Assembly: GCA_000388065.2 (NCBI GenBank)
Contig: KB932205.1
Strand: one strand, 5' to 3'
Origin: Fonticula alba ATCC 38817
Taxonomy: Eukaryota > Protista > Nucleariida
Length of the DNA: 64,000 nucleotides
Shown: positions 28,245 through 39,940 of the stretch, one piece after another
How the letters are laid out: every line of letters starts with the position of its first letter
Numbering within the stretch: the first letter of the stretch is position 1
The notes under the pieces: model-generated
Told to the model about the DNA's origin: nothing
Database searches by the model: none
What the model saw: the letters and a program-made list of their open reading frames with translations, nothing else
Position numbers and translations under genes: made by a program

Positions 28245-31200
28245 GGTGTATGTGTTGCTGATGGTTCCTTCGTCACCCCGGCCCTGTCCGCCCGGCCCCT
28301 TGGCTTCCGCTCCGGTCTCGCCATTTGCCCCTCCCCGATGGGGCTACGGCGGGATGAAGCTGCTCGATGGCTATGCCCAGCACCATGCCTTCATGGATCC
28401 CGCCCTGTCGGGGCGGGTCTTCCGGCTGCTGGGCTCCGAGCTGCTGGCTGACCGGCCACGGGTGGCCGACTTCCGCTTTCTCTTTGCCTCGCCGCTTCCT
28501 CTGGGCCCTGGTGGCCGGGAGCTGGCGACCGGGCCCCAGGCCCCGGCCGCTCGGCTACTTGCTGCCCTGCACCAGGACCTCTTTTCCGAGTATGTGGCCC
28601 TCCGAGCGTCTGCGCCCGGGCCGCCCGCCCTCCTTCTGTCCCGCCCGCCCCCCGCCCCCCGGCCCCCCCCCCCCGGCCGTCTGACCGCTTCTCTCAATCT
28701 TCCCCGCGCAATAGCTTCCTCGCTCGACGTCTGGCCGGGGTGGATGGCCTCCTGTGCCTGTTGCGGCTGTATGGCGCGCCGGCCGGCGAGGACGCCGGCA
28801 CTCTGATCGGCCTCCTGCTCGGGGTGCTGGACCGCCCGGCGCCGGAGCTCAGCTGCGCCCGGCTCCATGCCCCGGTCAGCCACGGGCCCAATGCGAATGT
28901 CGTGCGGACGGCCCTCCGCGGGCACATTTTCGCCGGCCTGGCCGCCATGATGGCCGACTGTCCTGGCCTGGGGCCCCTCCTGCAGCCGAGCATCTTCCCC
29001 TTGGTACGCGCGGCCCTGCTGCCGCCGCTCCGGGCCTGCCCTTTCCACTTTCCGCCCGTCTCCCCTGACACCCCGCCTCCCGCTCCCGTCGCCGGCTCCG
29101 GGGGGTGCATGCGCCAGATCGAGCGGTATTTGGCCCCGGCCCCGACGATGATGATGTCCTCGGCCGAGTTCCTGGAGATGATTGGCGCCGGCCTGGCCGG
29201 CGAGATGCAGCTGGACGCCGCGCTGGACCCATGTCCCAAGACCGAGGCCTTTGCCGTGGAGCTGGTCTCCGGGGCAGTCATGCGTCCGCATGTGGCCCGC
29301 CATGTGCCGCGATCGGCCTCCGGGGTGGCTCTCCCCTGGGCCGGCGGGGTGGCCGGCCTCGGGGAGGCCTTCCTGCACCCGGGCGATCCGGCGGCCCTCG
29401 GGGCACGCCAGGCGGCCCTCTCGCGTGCGGCGCGACTGCTGGTGCGGGAGGCCCTGCCGGAGCTGCTGCACCTGGTGGTGGAGCTCCTGGCCACCGGGGC
29501 CCGGGGGAGCGGCGCGTCCGGCGTGCCGGTGGTCGCGCCGGTGGATCCGGCTCACGAGAATTACGGCTGGGTCCCGGCCGCGGTGACCGGGGCCACCTTG
29601 GTGACCGGGCGCAAGCCCGGCGCGGCTGCCCCACCAAGCGCCGAGGGGGGCTCGGCGGCCGAGCGCCTGGGCGCCGCCGTCCGGTGGGACGACTTCGGCC
29701 TGGCGCTGATGCATGCGCGGCTGCTGGGGGCCATGCGGGCCGTGGCACGCGGCGGCCCGACGGCCTTCCGGCTGTCGGCCTCGGCCGGGGATTACCGGCC
29801 GATGGGGGCCTGCGAGGGGGCCGGGCCCGGCCCCGGGGTCGGGCCCGGCGGGCCGTCGCTGCCGACCGGGACGCTGGCCCGCGAGCCGATCGACCCGGTG
29901 CGCGCCGTGGCTCGGAGCCGGCTGTTCCTCGGTGCCGGGGCCGCATTGCAGGGGCTGCTGCTTCGGGGGCTTGGCCGGCCGGTGCTCCGGGCACGGGGGG
30001 ACCCGCGCGCGCGTGATGTCCCCCCGGCCGTCGGCCAGGCCGGCTCGGGGCCCGTGTGCTCGCTGCTGGCGGCCGATGGGCGCCTGCTGCTGTCACTGCG
30101 CCGGCGCCTGGACCACCAGGCCGGCGTGACCCTGGCCGGGCTCGGGGCCGGCGGGCAGACGGCCGCCGCGGCCGCGCACTCCCTCCGGCATGTGGACCAG
30201 CCGCTGGTTGGCCCGAGCTACCTGCTGTTGGTGGACCATGCGGTGTCGGTGGCCGCCGGGACCGGGGACACGCCCAGCCCGGCGGGGCTGGCCCACTGGG
30301 ACCCCGGGGCCTTGGGCGCCGGGGCGCTGGCCCTGGCCGGCCTGTCGGCGCACCAGCCCCTCACCGGCCTGGCCCTGACGCTCAGCCCCCTGGCATCGAG
30401 CATTCCTCTGGCTCCGGGGGGGGCGTCGCCGGATGGCGGCCCCTTCTTCGGGGCGGCCGACGCGGCGCAGGTCCTCCAGTGGCTTTTGCCACGGGGGTCG
30501 GCTGGCCGACCTGCTGACGAGGACTCGGCGGCTGCCGCGTCGGCGGCCCTGAACCGGCGGATGCTGGCCAGCGAGGCCTCCTTCGTGCGGTACGTCTGGC
30601 TGGCGGCGGCCGGTGGGCTGGCGGTGCAGTATCGCCGCCGCGGGCCCCTCATCACGGCGGCCAACCACCAGGCTGTGGGGGCCCTCCTGGAATCGGCCCT
30701 GCTCGGTGTCTTGGCGCCGGCTCGCCCGGCCGAAGGGGACCCCCCCGCGTCCGGGGCCTGGCGCCCGGTCCAGCTGAGCCCCTTTATGGAGGACGGCCGC
30801 GATCTCACCCGGCGCGAGCGTGTACGTGACGCTTTCTTCGTCCTTTCCGGGCGCGCACGACACACATGCACACGACATGCACACGACATGCACACGACAT
30901 GCACACACGCACACACGCACACACATGCACACGCACACACGACATGCACACGCACACACGACATGCACACGGCACACGCACACACGTGGTCCGCCTTTGA
31001 CATGGTCTGACGCATGGCTACGCCCGAAGCATTTGGCTCCGACTTACGCGGCGTGCGCCGTATTGACCTTCGGCCTGCGGCTCGTGGAGGCCACCCACGG
31101 CCCGGCCGCTGCAACTGGCGTCCTGCTGGACGCCATGCACCGGGTGGCGGTCTCGGGTGGCTATGCGCCCGGCCCGAGCGCCTCGGGTGGCCGCCCATCC

Positions 31201-33526
31201 AGCTCGGTCCTGGGTGATGAGATGCTCTGGGGCACGGATCTGCTGCTGGTACGCCACGGCCGCCGGGGTGCGCCTCTTTCGCGCTTGCCCTCCCTCTTGA
31301 CCAACACCCTTCGACCGTCCCGCCGCTGCCGGGCCGGCTCGTGGCTCCCTGCAGAAGGCCATGGATCGGCTGCTTTTCTCCTGCCGCGTGCCGATAAATG
31401 CCGTCCCGCTGCTCCGGGCCCCGGTGCTGCCGTATGTCCGGCGCGGGGCCGGGCCGTCAGCGCGCTCCGGCGACGACTCCCCGAGCGACGAGGACGACGA
31501 GGCGAGCCCCAGCCGCGCCGCCCTGCCGAACAGTGCCTTTGCCGCGCCCACCAGCCACACCTATGCCCATGGCACCGAGGTGGCGGTCCTCCTGCTCGCC
31601 CTGTCGCGATACATGGTGCTGCCCTTGGCCCGGTCGGCGGGCCAGCCGGCGGTGGCCTGTCTCTGGCCGCTGTCCGGCCGGTGCCATTGCCATTCGGCGG
31701 TCGGGCCCGGCGAGTCGGCCGACCGGGCCCTGGACCAGGCCGAGCGGTGGCTGGTCTCGGTGCGTTCGCCCCGCCCGGCGGCCCATCTTGCGCTTCCTCC
31801 ATTTGCCCACCATCGGGCCTCCTGCCTGGCGTCTCTAACCCGGCTGGTGGTAGATTTCCCAGCAGTCCGTGCACTCGCGCATCTTCGACTCGTCGGCCAT
31901 GCTGCTGAAAAGCGCCCTCAGCTGCCTGCTTGACATGCTCCGAACATCTGGGCGCCCCTTGGACCCGGTGCGCCTCGGCCGGTCCCTCCTGCCTGGCCTG
32001 TCCTTCCTTTGCCCGTCGCCCAGAGCAACGAGCCAGCTTCTAACATGCATCTGCCGGGCCCCCTCCCCGGGCTGCCTGCCACTTGCCGCGCGGGCCGACA
32101 CACGTGCGCCAGCTTGTTCGGCTTCTTCCCCACCTGGCTCGGTCGGCCACCGTCGTCCAGGAGTATGGCCTGCCCGAGGCCGAGCGCCTGGTGGACGATC
32201 TCGGCCTGACCCGGGCAGCGGCACACATGCTGGTCGAGGGGGGTGTCCTGGCGCGGCCGAGCTCCGGCACAGGCGGGGGCTTTGTGTGGCCGGCGGCGGC
32301 CGCGGCGGCGGCGGCCGCGGCGGCCGCGGCGACGGCGGTGTCTGGGGCCGACGCCGCGCAGCTCCCGGCCGGGCTGACCCCGGCCCTGCTGGATGCGCCG
32401 CTGGTCTTTTGGCGGACCACCCCCCCGCCGGTGCTGGCCCCCCCGGCGGTTGCCCTGGCGCACTTTGTCCTGGCGCTGGTGGATGGCGAGGCCGACCGCG
32501 TGGATGCCCTGCTGGAGGGGGCTCATGCCCCGCCGCCGGGGGTCACCGGGCTGGCACTGCTGGACACCGTGCTGACCCATGTCACGCGGCTCTTCCAGGC
32601 ATCCCTGTGCCTGGTGGCCGGAGTGGCCGCGTCGGCCTGGCTGACGCCCGGGCGGCTGCTCATCGCCGCCGGTCTCCAGCTGCGGGCCGCCTCTGGCGGC
32701 GGGGGCCCCGATGACCCGCTCACCTGGGGGTCGGTTGCGCCGCTGCCGGTGGTGCGCGCCTGCACGCGCCTCTTCCGCCTTGCGCTGTCCCTCTTCCGCA
32801 AGGTGCGCCGCCTGAGCAGGCCCAGGCGCCCTTCCTCTCTCCCTTTCTCCCTCGTCCGCCAGCCGCTGACTTGGCACTTTTCGCCACACATCCCATGCCG
32901 CATGGGCGCCCCCCTCCCTCACAAACATGCGCACGGACACACGCGCGCGCGCGCATACACAACCGACTCCCGACCCCCACGCGCGGGCCATCCCGCAGCT
33001 CCAGGAACTCCATCTGCCCGTGGACATGAGCCGCCTGCATGCGCTTGTGCACCTGGTCCATTCGCCCTTCATGCGGGCCTTCTTCGGTACGCCCCGCGCC
33101 GGACGCCCCGGACGCCTCCCATGCATGTGCCCAGCTTACCACCCCCTCCCCCTTCCCGCCGCCCTCCCCGGAGCAGACTTCCTTCAGAACTGGCAGCGGC
33201 GCAATGCCGCGGACCTGCGCCTCCGACGGATGCAGGCCGACCCCGACGATGCTGGCGATGCCTCGGGCAAGAGCCGCTCCAAGGGCGGTCCCAAGGCCGG
33301 CCGCAAGGGCGGCAAAGCCGCCGCCGGCACCGCTGGCGGGGCCGACTCCGCCCCCGGCGCGGACGCCCTCTCGCGCGCCGTCCCGGCGGCCATCTATGCC
33401 GCCGAGTCCCTGGAAAAGGAGCTCGCCCAGCTGGCCCGGACCTTCGCCGCGCCGCAGCTCCTGCGCGGAATCCGCCGCGCGGAAACCCGCGACTTCCAGA
33501 TCCAAATCAACGCCCTCAACACCTAG
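24034..33526 (+). CDS. FANCI: Fanconi anemia group I (FANCI)-like helical-solenoid protein, many exons, strongly expanded
   Basis: The C-terminus VPAAIYAAESLEKELAQLARTFAAPQLLRGIRRAETRDFQIQ resembles the FANCI C-terminal motif ([28 protein letters not shown]). Upstream helical blocks (LARMILALVVDHFELTDHLYGVLACRA; RLHALVHLVHSPFM..DFLQNWQ) are in FANCI order. Continuity as one gene is inferred from in-frame splice sites (e.g. exon 1 24034-24456, exon 2 from 24557). Confidence 0.72.
26159..26226 (+). repeat. Coding 12-bp tandem repeat (GCTCGGTCGCAG-like) encoding ARSQ/ARTQ units
   Basis: SQARTQARSQARSQARSQGRTQ in ORF 25727-26461. Confidence 0.9.
30855..30985. repeat. Intronic compound repeat (ACACGACATGC units mixed with CA/CG)
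   Basis: Repeated acacgacatgc and cacacgcacac units inside a FANCI-like intron. Confidence 0.8.
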
Positions 33527-34135
33527 AGAGCGCCCTCCGCTCCCCCTGCCCTCTCGGCCTGCGGCTGCTTCCAAATGGTCCCTGGGGCCTGGACCGGCCT
33601 GTACAATAGATTTCAACCGTTGGCACCTGGTCGAATGTGAGGTGTCACGCCCCGTCTCTCCCTTTCGCGCGCGCGCGCCCCGGCCGTGTGCGCCCCTGCT
33701 GCCTCCGGCTCTTGCTTTGTCCCTTGCTCTCTTTCTGCCTGGCCGGCCGGCCGGCCGGCCGGCCGGCGGCCGATTTGATCGGGCGCCACGGGCTTTTTTT
33801 CCCCCGGCCCGTCGACCGTAGGGGGCCGCCGGGGGCGGGGTATGTGTGGGACCGGCGATGCCCTGCACAAGAAGAGGGGCGGGGGCTGACTTGATCGGGG
33901 CGTCGGGATGGGCACGCCTTCCCCGGGGCCCGACACATTGATCTGGCAGCATCGGCCTGGCCAGCAGACCGGGCCCCGTGTCAACACGCCACTGCCCTTC
34001 GGTCTCAGTTCCTGTGACTCCTGCCGCCTCTCCCTGCCCCTACTCTGCCCCTCACCCTTTCGCACCCGTCCATACAAACGCGCGCGCGCGCGCCGATCCC
34101 CCCCCCCCCCCTGAGCACGTCCCGCGAGTTCCAAC

Positions 34136-37100
34136 ATGACCGATTTCCCCCGGANNNNNNNNNNNNNNNNNNNNNNNNNNNNNNNNNNNNNNNNNNNNNN
34201 NNNNNNNNNNNNNNNNNNNNNNNNNNNNNNNNNNNNNNNNNNNNNNNNNNNNNNNNNNNNNNNNNNNNNNNNNNNNNNNNNNNNNNNNNNNNNNNNNNNN
34301 NNNNNNNNNNNNNNNNNNNNNNNNNNNNNNNNNNNNNNNNNNNCCCCCCGGCAGCGCTTCTTCCGCGCGCACCAGCAAACGCACAGCTCGGCCTCGGCGG
34401 GCGCCGCTGCCGCGGCTACGGCGTGGGCCCTGCCCGCCGGCCAGGCGGCCATGCGCCTGGAGCTGAGCCAACTCGCCGCCCTGCTGACTCGGGCGGAATT
34501 GGCCACACACCGGGACCGAGCTGGCGCTCGGCTTGGCCGGCTTTCCGCCCGGCTGCCGGGGGACCTCACCTGCTTGGCACCCACTGAGCAGCTGGCGATC
34601 GGCGCGCTGCTGGGCCGGCTGGCTGGCCGGGTGCTGGATGCCCTGGCTCGGACAGACTGCCCGGACTTCGCCCGGGCGTGTGCCGATGCCCTGGGCGCGC
34701 TCTGCCGGCCGGTGGCCATGTCGCCCGCCGGCCCGGTGGCCGATGCCTGGGCTGCCTCCTTCCTGCTGGGCGTTCCGCGGGGCGTGGCCGAGACCTGCCC
34801 GGGCGCCTGGCCAGCGGTGGCCGGCAGCTGTCCGGCGAGCCCCGCCACTCGCGACACCAGCCTGCCCGGGCCGGCGGCCATCGCCAGCCACCCTCTCAAC
34901 CCGTACCTTTTCCCGACGGCCGGAGGCATGTCGGGCCCCGGCACCCAGGCAGGCCGGCGCCTGCCGGCCGGCCTGGCCGGCTGCCGGCCCGCCCTGCTGG
35001 CCTTGCTGAATGTCTTCCTGAAGGATGAGCACCTCCTGCTGGAGGGCCCGCTGCAGGGGCTGCTGCCGGCGCTCGGGGGCCTGGCCCGGCGGCCGAGCCC
35101 GGTGGCCGGGCACCTGCGCGCCCGCCTGGCCGAGCTGGCCTGCCGGGTGGCGGTCCACGCGTCGGCCGAGGCCGCCGGGCGGCTGCTGGCCGCGCTCGGG
35201 CCGATGAGCGCCCCGGTTGCGGGGCCGCTGCGCGATGGGGCCCTCACGCTGGCGGGCCCCGAGGCCGGACACGGGGCCGCGGCCCTCGCGCGGCTGGTCC
35301 AATTCCTGGGCACCCAGCCGGCCGTCGGGGCAGCCCTCCTGCCGGCGGTCTGTGCCCTGCTGGAGCGCGTGGAACTGCCCGACGGCCTGCGCACCCTGGA
35401 TGTCGGTACGGCGTGCTGGCCGGTTTGCCGAGGCCCTGCCCCGGTCCCCTCCTTCCGCTCGGGTTGGCCTTTCTTCTCCCTCGCCCCTCCCACCGCCACC
35501 CCCTCTCGCGGCCCTTGCTGACGGCCCTCCCCGTGTCAGTCGAATCGCTCGGCCACATCCGGTGGATGGCCTCCGGCGCGCCTGCCGACGCGCTTCTCGG
35601 CATCCTCGGGTCCTTGCTGCCGGCGACCATGAACCTGGCCGTCGGGACCTTCGCGCATGTGGCCCTGTCGCCGGCGGCCGACCTGACCCCCGATCAGGTC
35701 TCCCAGAATACCCTGCGCCTGGGGATGCACAAGGGCCTGCGCCTGGCGGCCGGGCTGGGCCAGGGGCTTCTCGGCCTGGCCGGGCAGGGCCCCCCCTCGG
35801 ACGCCGGGCCCGCGGTGGCCTGCTTCCGCCGGGCCCTTGCCCTGGTGCAGCAGCTGGCCGGGCCCGGGGCCCTGGCCGGCGAGGAGGCGCGCGCGGCCCT
35901 CGGCGCGCTGGCCATCCTCCAGGCGGTCCTCTCGGCCGGGGCCCTGACCGCGGGGTCGCTCTTTCCCCCGCGTGCCGCCTCGCCGGACCACCCGGCCCAG
36001 CGGACCTTCCATGAGGCCCTCCTGGCGTTCCATGGCTCGGCCAGCCCGCCGGGCGCCTGGTTTGCCTCGGCCGAGGAGGCCGAAGCTTTGCAATGCAACC
36101 TGGTGGTATGTTTGCCCCCGTCGGGGGCTGGGCAGCTTGCGGCCGGTGTTGCCCGGCCGGACATCTCGGCCGCCCCCGCCCCCGCCCCCGCCCCCGCCCC
36201 CGCCCCCCTCCACGCTGCCCGTGCGCTGAAGCTCACCCTCCCGTGCCGATCGACGTGTCTCCCCGTGCCACTTGGCTGCCCCTCGGCCAGCGCCTCCTGT
36301 CCATGGCCGGCGGACTGGGTGTCGGCCGGCTGGCGCACCTCCTGCGCCCGGTGGCCCTGCGCCATGTGGTCCTCTGTGTGGCGTCGCAGCTCCAGGCGGC
36401 GGCCGGGGCCCGGTCCCCCCCGGGGCCCGGCCACGCGTCGGCCTACCTTCGGCCGCGGCTCTGGCTGTGCCCTGCCTTCGACAACCCGAGCGCCGTGCTC
36501 TTCCGGGTGGACAGCTCCTCGCCCATTGCCCTCGGGGCCAACATGGATGCGCGCCTGGTCACCGAGCTCGGCGTGGCCCTGAGTGCCGAGCGCCTGGACA
36601 CATCGCCCCTGCGCCCGGGCCCCGGGGCTGCGGACCACCCGCCGGGGCCCTTCACCGAGTGGTCGGCCTCCGACCACACCCAGCGCACCGACGAGGATGT
36701 CTTCCTCACCCGGCAGGATGCCCTGTCCTCGGCGTCGCAGCTCCTCATGGGCGCCTTCCGGCCGACGCCGGGCATGAGCTCCGGCGCCTCTGCCAAGCCG
36801 GCCGCCACATTGGCCTTCTTTTGCGGCCTCTCCCTGCTGGCGGCCAAGGACCTTCACCCGGTGGTCGAAGCGTTGGCGGTGTGTTGCCTCCCCCCCCCCC
36901 CCGGCATTGCCCCTGTCCCGCCCCCCTTCCCCTCCCTGTGCTAACCCCCTTGCCCCTGTGCCTGGGTGATTCCCCGGGCGAAGATCGCCCCCTTCACCAT
37001 TCCGCTGGCCCAGCGCATCCGGCTGCTGCGCATGCTGCTGATCGCCGAGCACCCAACCCCCTTGACTTCGGAAAACATCCAAGTCACCGTGCGCCGAGAT

Positions 37101-37292
37101 CACATCATCGCCGATGGCTTGGCCCAGTTCCAGAAGGAGATCGGCGAGGTGGCTGCCGGGCGCCGGGGGCTCAATGCCGATGGCCTGCCCGGCGGCTTCA
37201 CCCCCTTCTCCAGTGCGATTGCCCACTTCTTCAACTCCATCGGCCTGTCGTCGATGCCGGACTTTGCTGGGGCCGGGGCCGGGCCCGGCATG

Positions 37293-37337
<45 letters not shown>

Positions 37338-39551
37338 CGGCTCTCCTCCAGCCTCTGGAACTCCCTGCGCTTCAGCCTGCTGAATGAGCATGGCATCCGT
37401 GAGGATGGCCTCGACGGAGGTGGCATCACCAACGAGTTCCTTTCGCTGTACGTGGCCCCTGGTTTTGATGCCCATGTGTGTGTATCTGCCTTTTGCCGGG
37501 CGGGGGGAGGCTTTCCCCTTTGCCGGATCCAGTGTGCTGGCGCGTGGACAAGCCCACACCCATGCGTCTATGTGTGTGTGTGTGTATCTGTGTTGGTGCT
37601 GACAAAGTATCATCTCTCCTTTTCCCTTGACCCTCCCTTCTCGGGTATTTCCGCCCCCGGCCTTGCGCACACTGTCGCCACTCCATCCATCTCGCTGTGG
37701 CCCATATCCCTCCCCCCCCCCTTCACCCCCCAACACCGCCCCTGCCAGATCCTTCGACAAGATCCTCGAAGAGACCTTCGGTCTGTTTGTGGCCGGCGAG
37801 TCGGCCAACCCCGGCGCCCCGGCCCCGGACTGCTCGTACTATCCGAATGCCTCGACCTCGCTCATGGTGGATGCCATCGTGGCACGCGGCAATGGCCGGT
37901 CGGCCATCGCCCAGAATGCCGCCCGCTATCTCCGGCATTTGGGGCGCATCATCGGGCTGGGCTTGCTGAATGACGTCCCCCTGTCCCGGGGAGCCCAGCT
38001 CCCGGGGTTCCTCCTTCAGCGGATTCTCTCCTTCAAGCAGCAAACGTGGTCCTACTCGGAGCCCTGCTTCGACCACCTGTACTTCATCCTCGGGTCTGGC
38101 GACTTCCGCGTGGGCCCCGCCGACCTGCTGGATGCCTTCCTCCATGAGGGCGGGGGCCGGCTGTCTGGCATCCTGCCCCGGCGGGCCGAGCTGGCGCTGC
38201 ACCTCCTGGCCGAGGTGGACCCCCCCCTGGCCCAGAGCATGGCCATGCTCCTGCGCGAATCCCTCGCCCACACCAATGCCACGGGTGATGTGCCGATGGC
38301 CGACCCGGCGGAGGCCCCCGGCTCGGATGCCCTCGGCCTGAGCTTCAGTCTGACCATCACCCCGGAGCTCCAGGTGTCCCTGGTCAAGCCGCGCCTGCTG
38401 AACCCGGATGCCACGGCCGATGGAAGCCCCGGACCCGTGGACAGCGACAGCGCCTCCTCGCTGGCCAGCAACCATGGCCAGCGCTATGCCAACATGCTGG
38501 GCGACGGCGCCGGCGGGGAATCCGGCCCCCAGCCGAACCTCGAGCTGCCGGCCGTCGGCGCCGGGCTCAAGTCGCGACTGATCTTCGCGGTGCTGCTGAG
38601 CTACTGCAAGCTTGACCGGCTGGTGTCCGGCGCGGTGGATTGCATCCGGTCCGGCGTGCTGGATGTCCTGGGCGGCACGTGCCAGCTCCTGGAGATGGAA
38701 CACGTCCAGGGCGACACGGTCAACATGGCTGCCCTCATGGAAGAGGGGTCCCTCCGGTGGATGAACATGTTCAGCCCGGTGCGTGTCCGACTGCGTCTTC
38801 TCTTGCCTGCCCCCACTTGCTGTCTCCCACTTGGACCGGTGCTCGGTGTGCCCCCTGCCACGCCTTTCTCGCCGCACGCCCACACACTGACACCTCTCTT
38901 TTTCCCTCTTTTTTTTTCGCACCACCCCCCNNNNNNNNNNNNNNNNNNNNNNNNNNNNNNNNNNNNNNNNNNNNNNNNNNNNNNNNNNNNNNNNNNNNNN
39001 NGGGCGGCATCACTGCCTGGAACAACGCCGGCTTCAACAGCGAAGATCGAGCTGAGCGCCCTCGGCGCCAGGGCCCCCTCCCGGCGACTCGGGGGACATC
39101 CTCTTTTCCTCTTTTTCTACCCCCCCCCCCCCCCCCCCCCCCCCTCCCCATCGCACCCGCCACAACCCAGGACGAGCTCACCATCCTTGTTCTCGGATCG
39201 CCGGTCATCGACCTGGAGGACCTGCGCCACCACACCACCTACCAGCATGATGCCCTGCGCGAGCATCCAGCCGTGGCGGCCTTCTGGCAAGTCCTGGCCA
39301 AGGACTTCTCGGAGGTCGAACGGCGCCAGCTCATTCGCTTTGCCACCGGGTCCTCCCGGGCCCCGGCCGGTGGCTGGCAGTCGCTCCACCCAAAGTTCTG
39401 CATCCAACTGATGGACTCGCAGGATGCCGACCACATGCCGACGGTTTCCTCCTGCCTGCACCTTCTCCGCCTGCCGCCACTCAGCGACCCGGCTCGCATG
39501 GCTCAGGTCCTGCGCCGGGCCATCGTCGAGACCGGGTTCGATGTGCAGTGA
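34136..39551 (+). CDS. HECT-type E3 ubiquitin ligase, UBE3B/UBE3C (Hul5)-like, multi-exon
   Basis: Starts MTDFP.. before a gap, then IQ-like RFFRAHQ. Further motifs: PFTIPLAQRIRLL, VTVRRDHIIADGLAQF, EDGLDGGGITNEFLSL, TFGLF, YYPN, LRHLGRIIGLGL, DLEDLRHHTTY, RRQLIRFATGSSRAPAGGWQSLHPKFCI, catalytic PTVSSCLHLLRLP, and stop after GFDVQ. Confidence 0.9.
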
Positions 39552-39593
39552 TGAGGCTGCTTCCGAATGCCCCCTCGCCAAAGGGCAATATAC

Positions 39594-39648
39594 CACACAC
39601 ATACATACACACGCACACACACGCACACACACGCACACACACGCACAC

Positions 39649-39724
<76 letters not shown>
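39594..39724. repeat. Long (CA)n microsatellite between convergent genes
   Basis: About 130 bp of CA with CGCA interruptions between the HECT and WASH1 stops. Confidence 0.97.
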
Positions 39725-39726
<2 letters not shown>

Positions 39727-39940
39727 GTAGAGGGAGTCGAAGGGGGGAGGGTGGAAAGACGGGGGAGGGGAACCCTGGCGCTTGGCAGGAGAGCATATGA
39801 ATTGCTGTATTTGAAGAGGGAAAGAAGAAGGAAGGAGAGAGGGGAGAGGGGGACAAAAAGCCAAGATAGCCCGGGGGGGAAGTGGGGGGGGGGGGGGGGG
39901 GAGGGAAAAGACCCGAGAATGGAGGCCCCGACGGGCGTCT

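Noticed and set aside
33738-33772. (GGCC)n self-complementary run as a structured RNA or terminator
   Set aside because: A simple microsatellite in a GC-rich intergenic region with no other ncRNA hallmarks.
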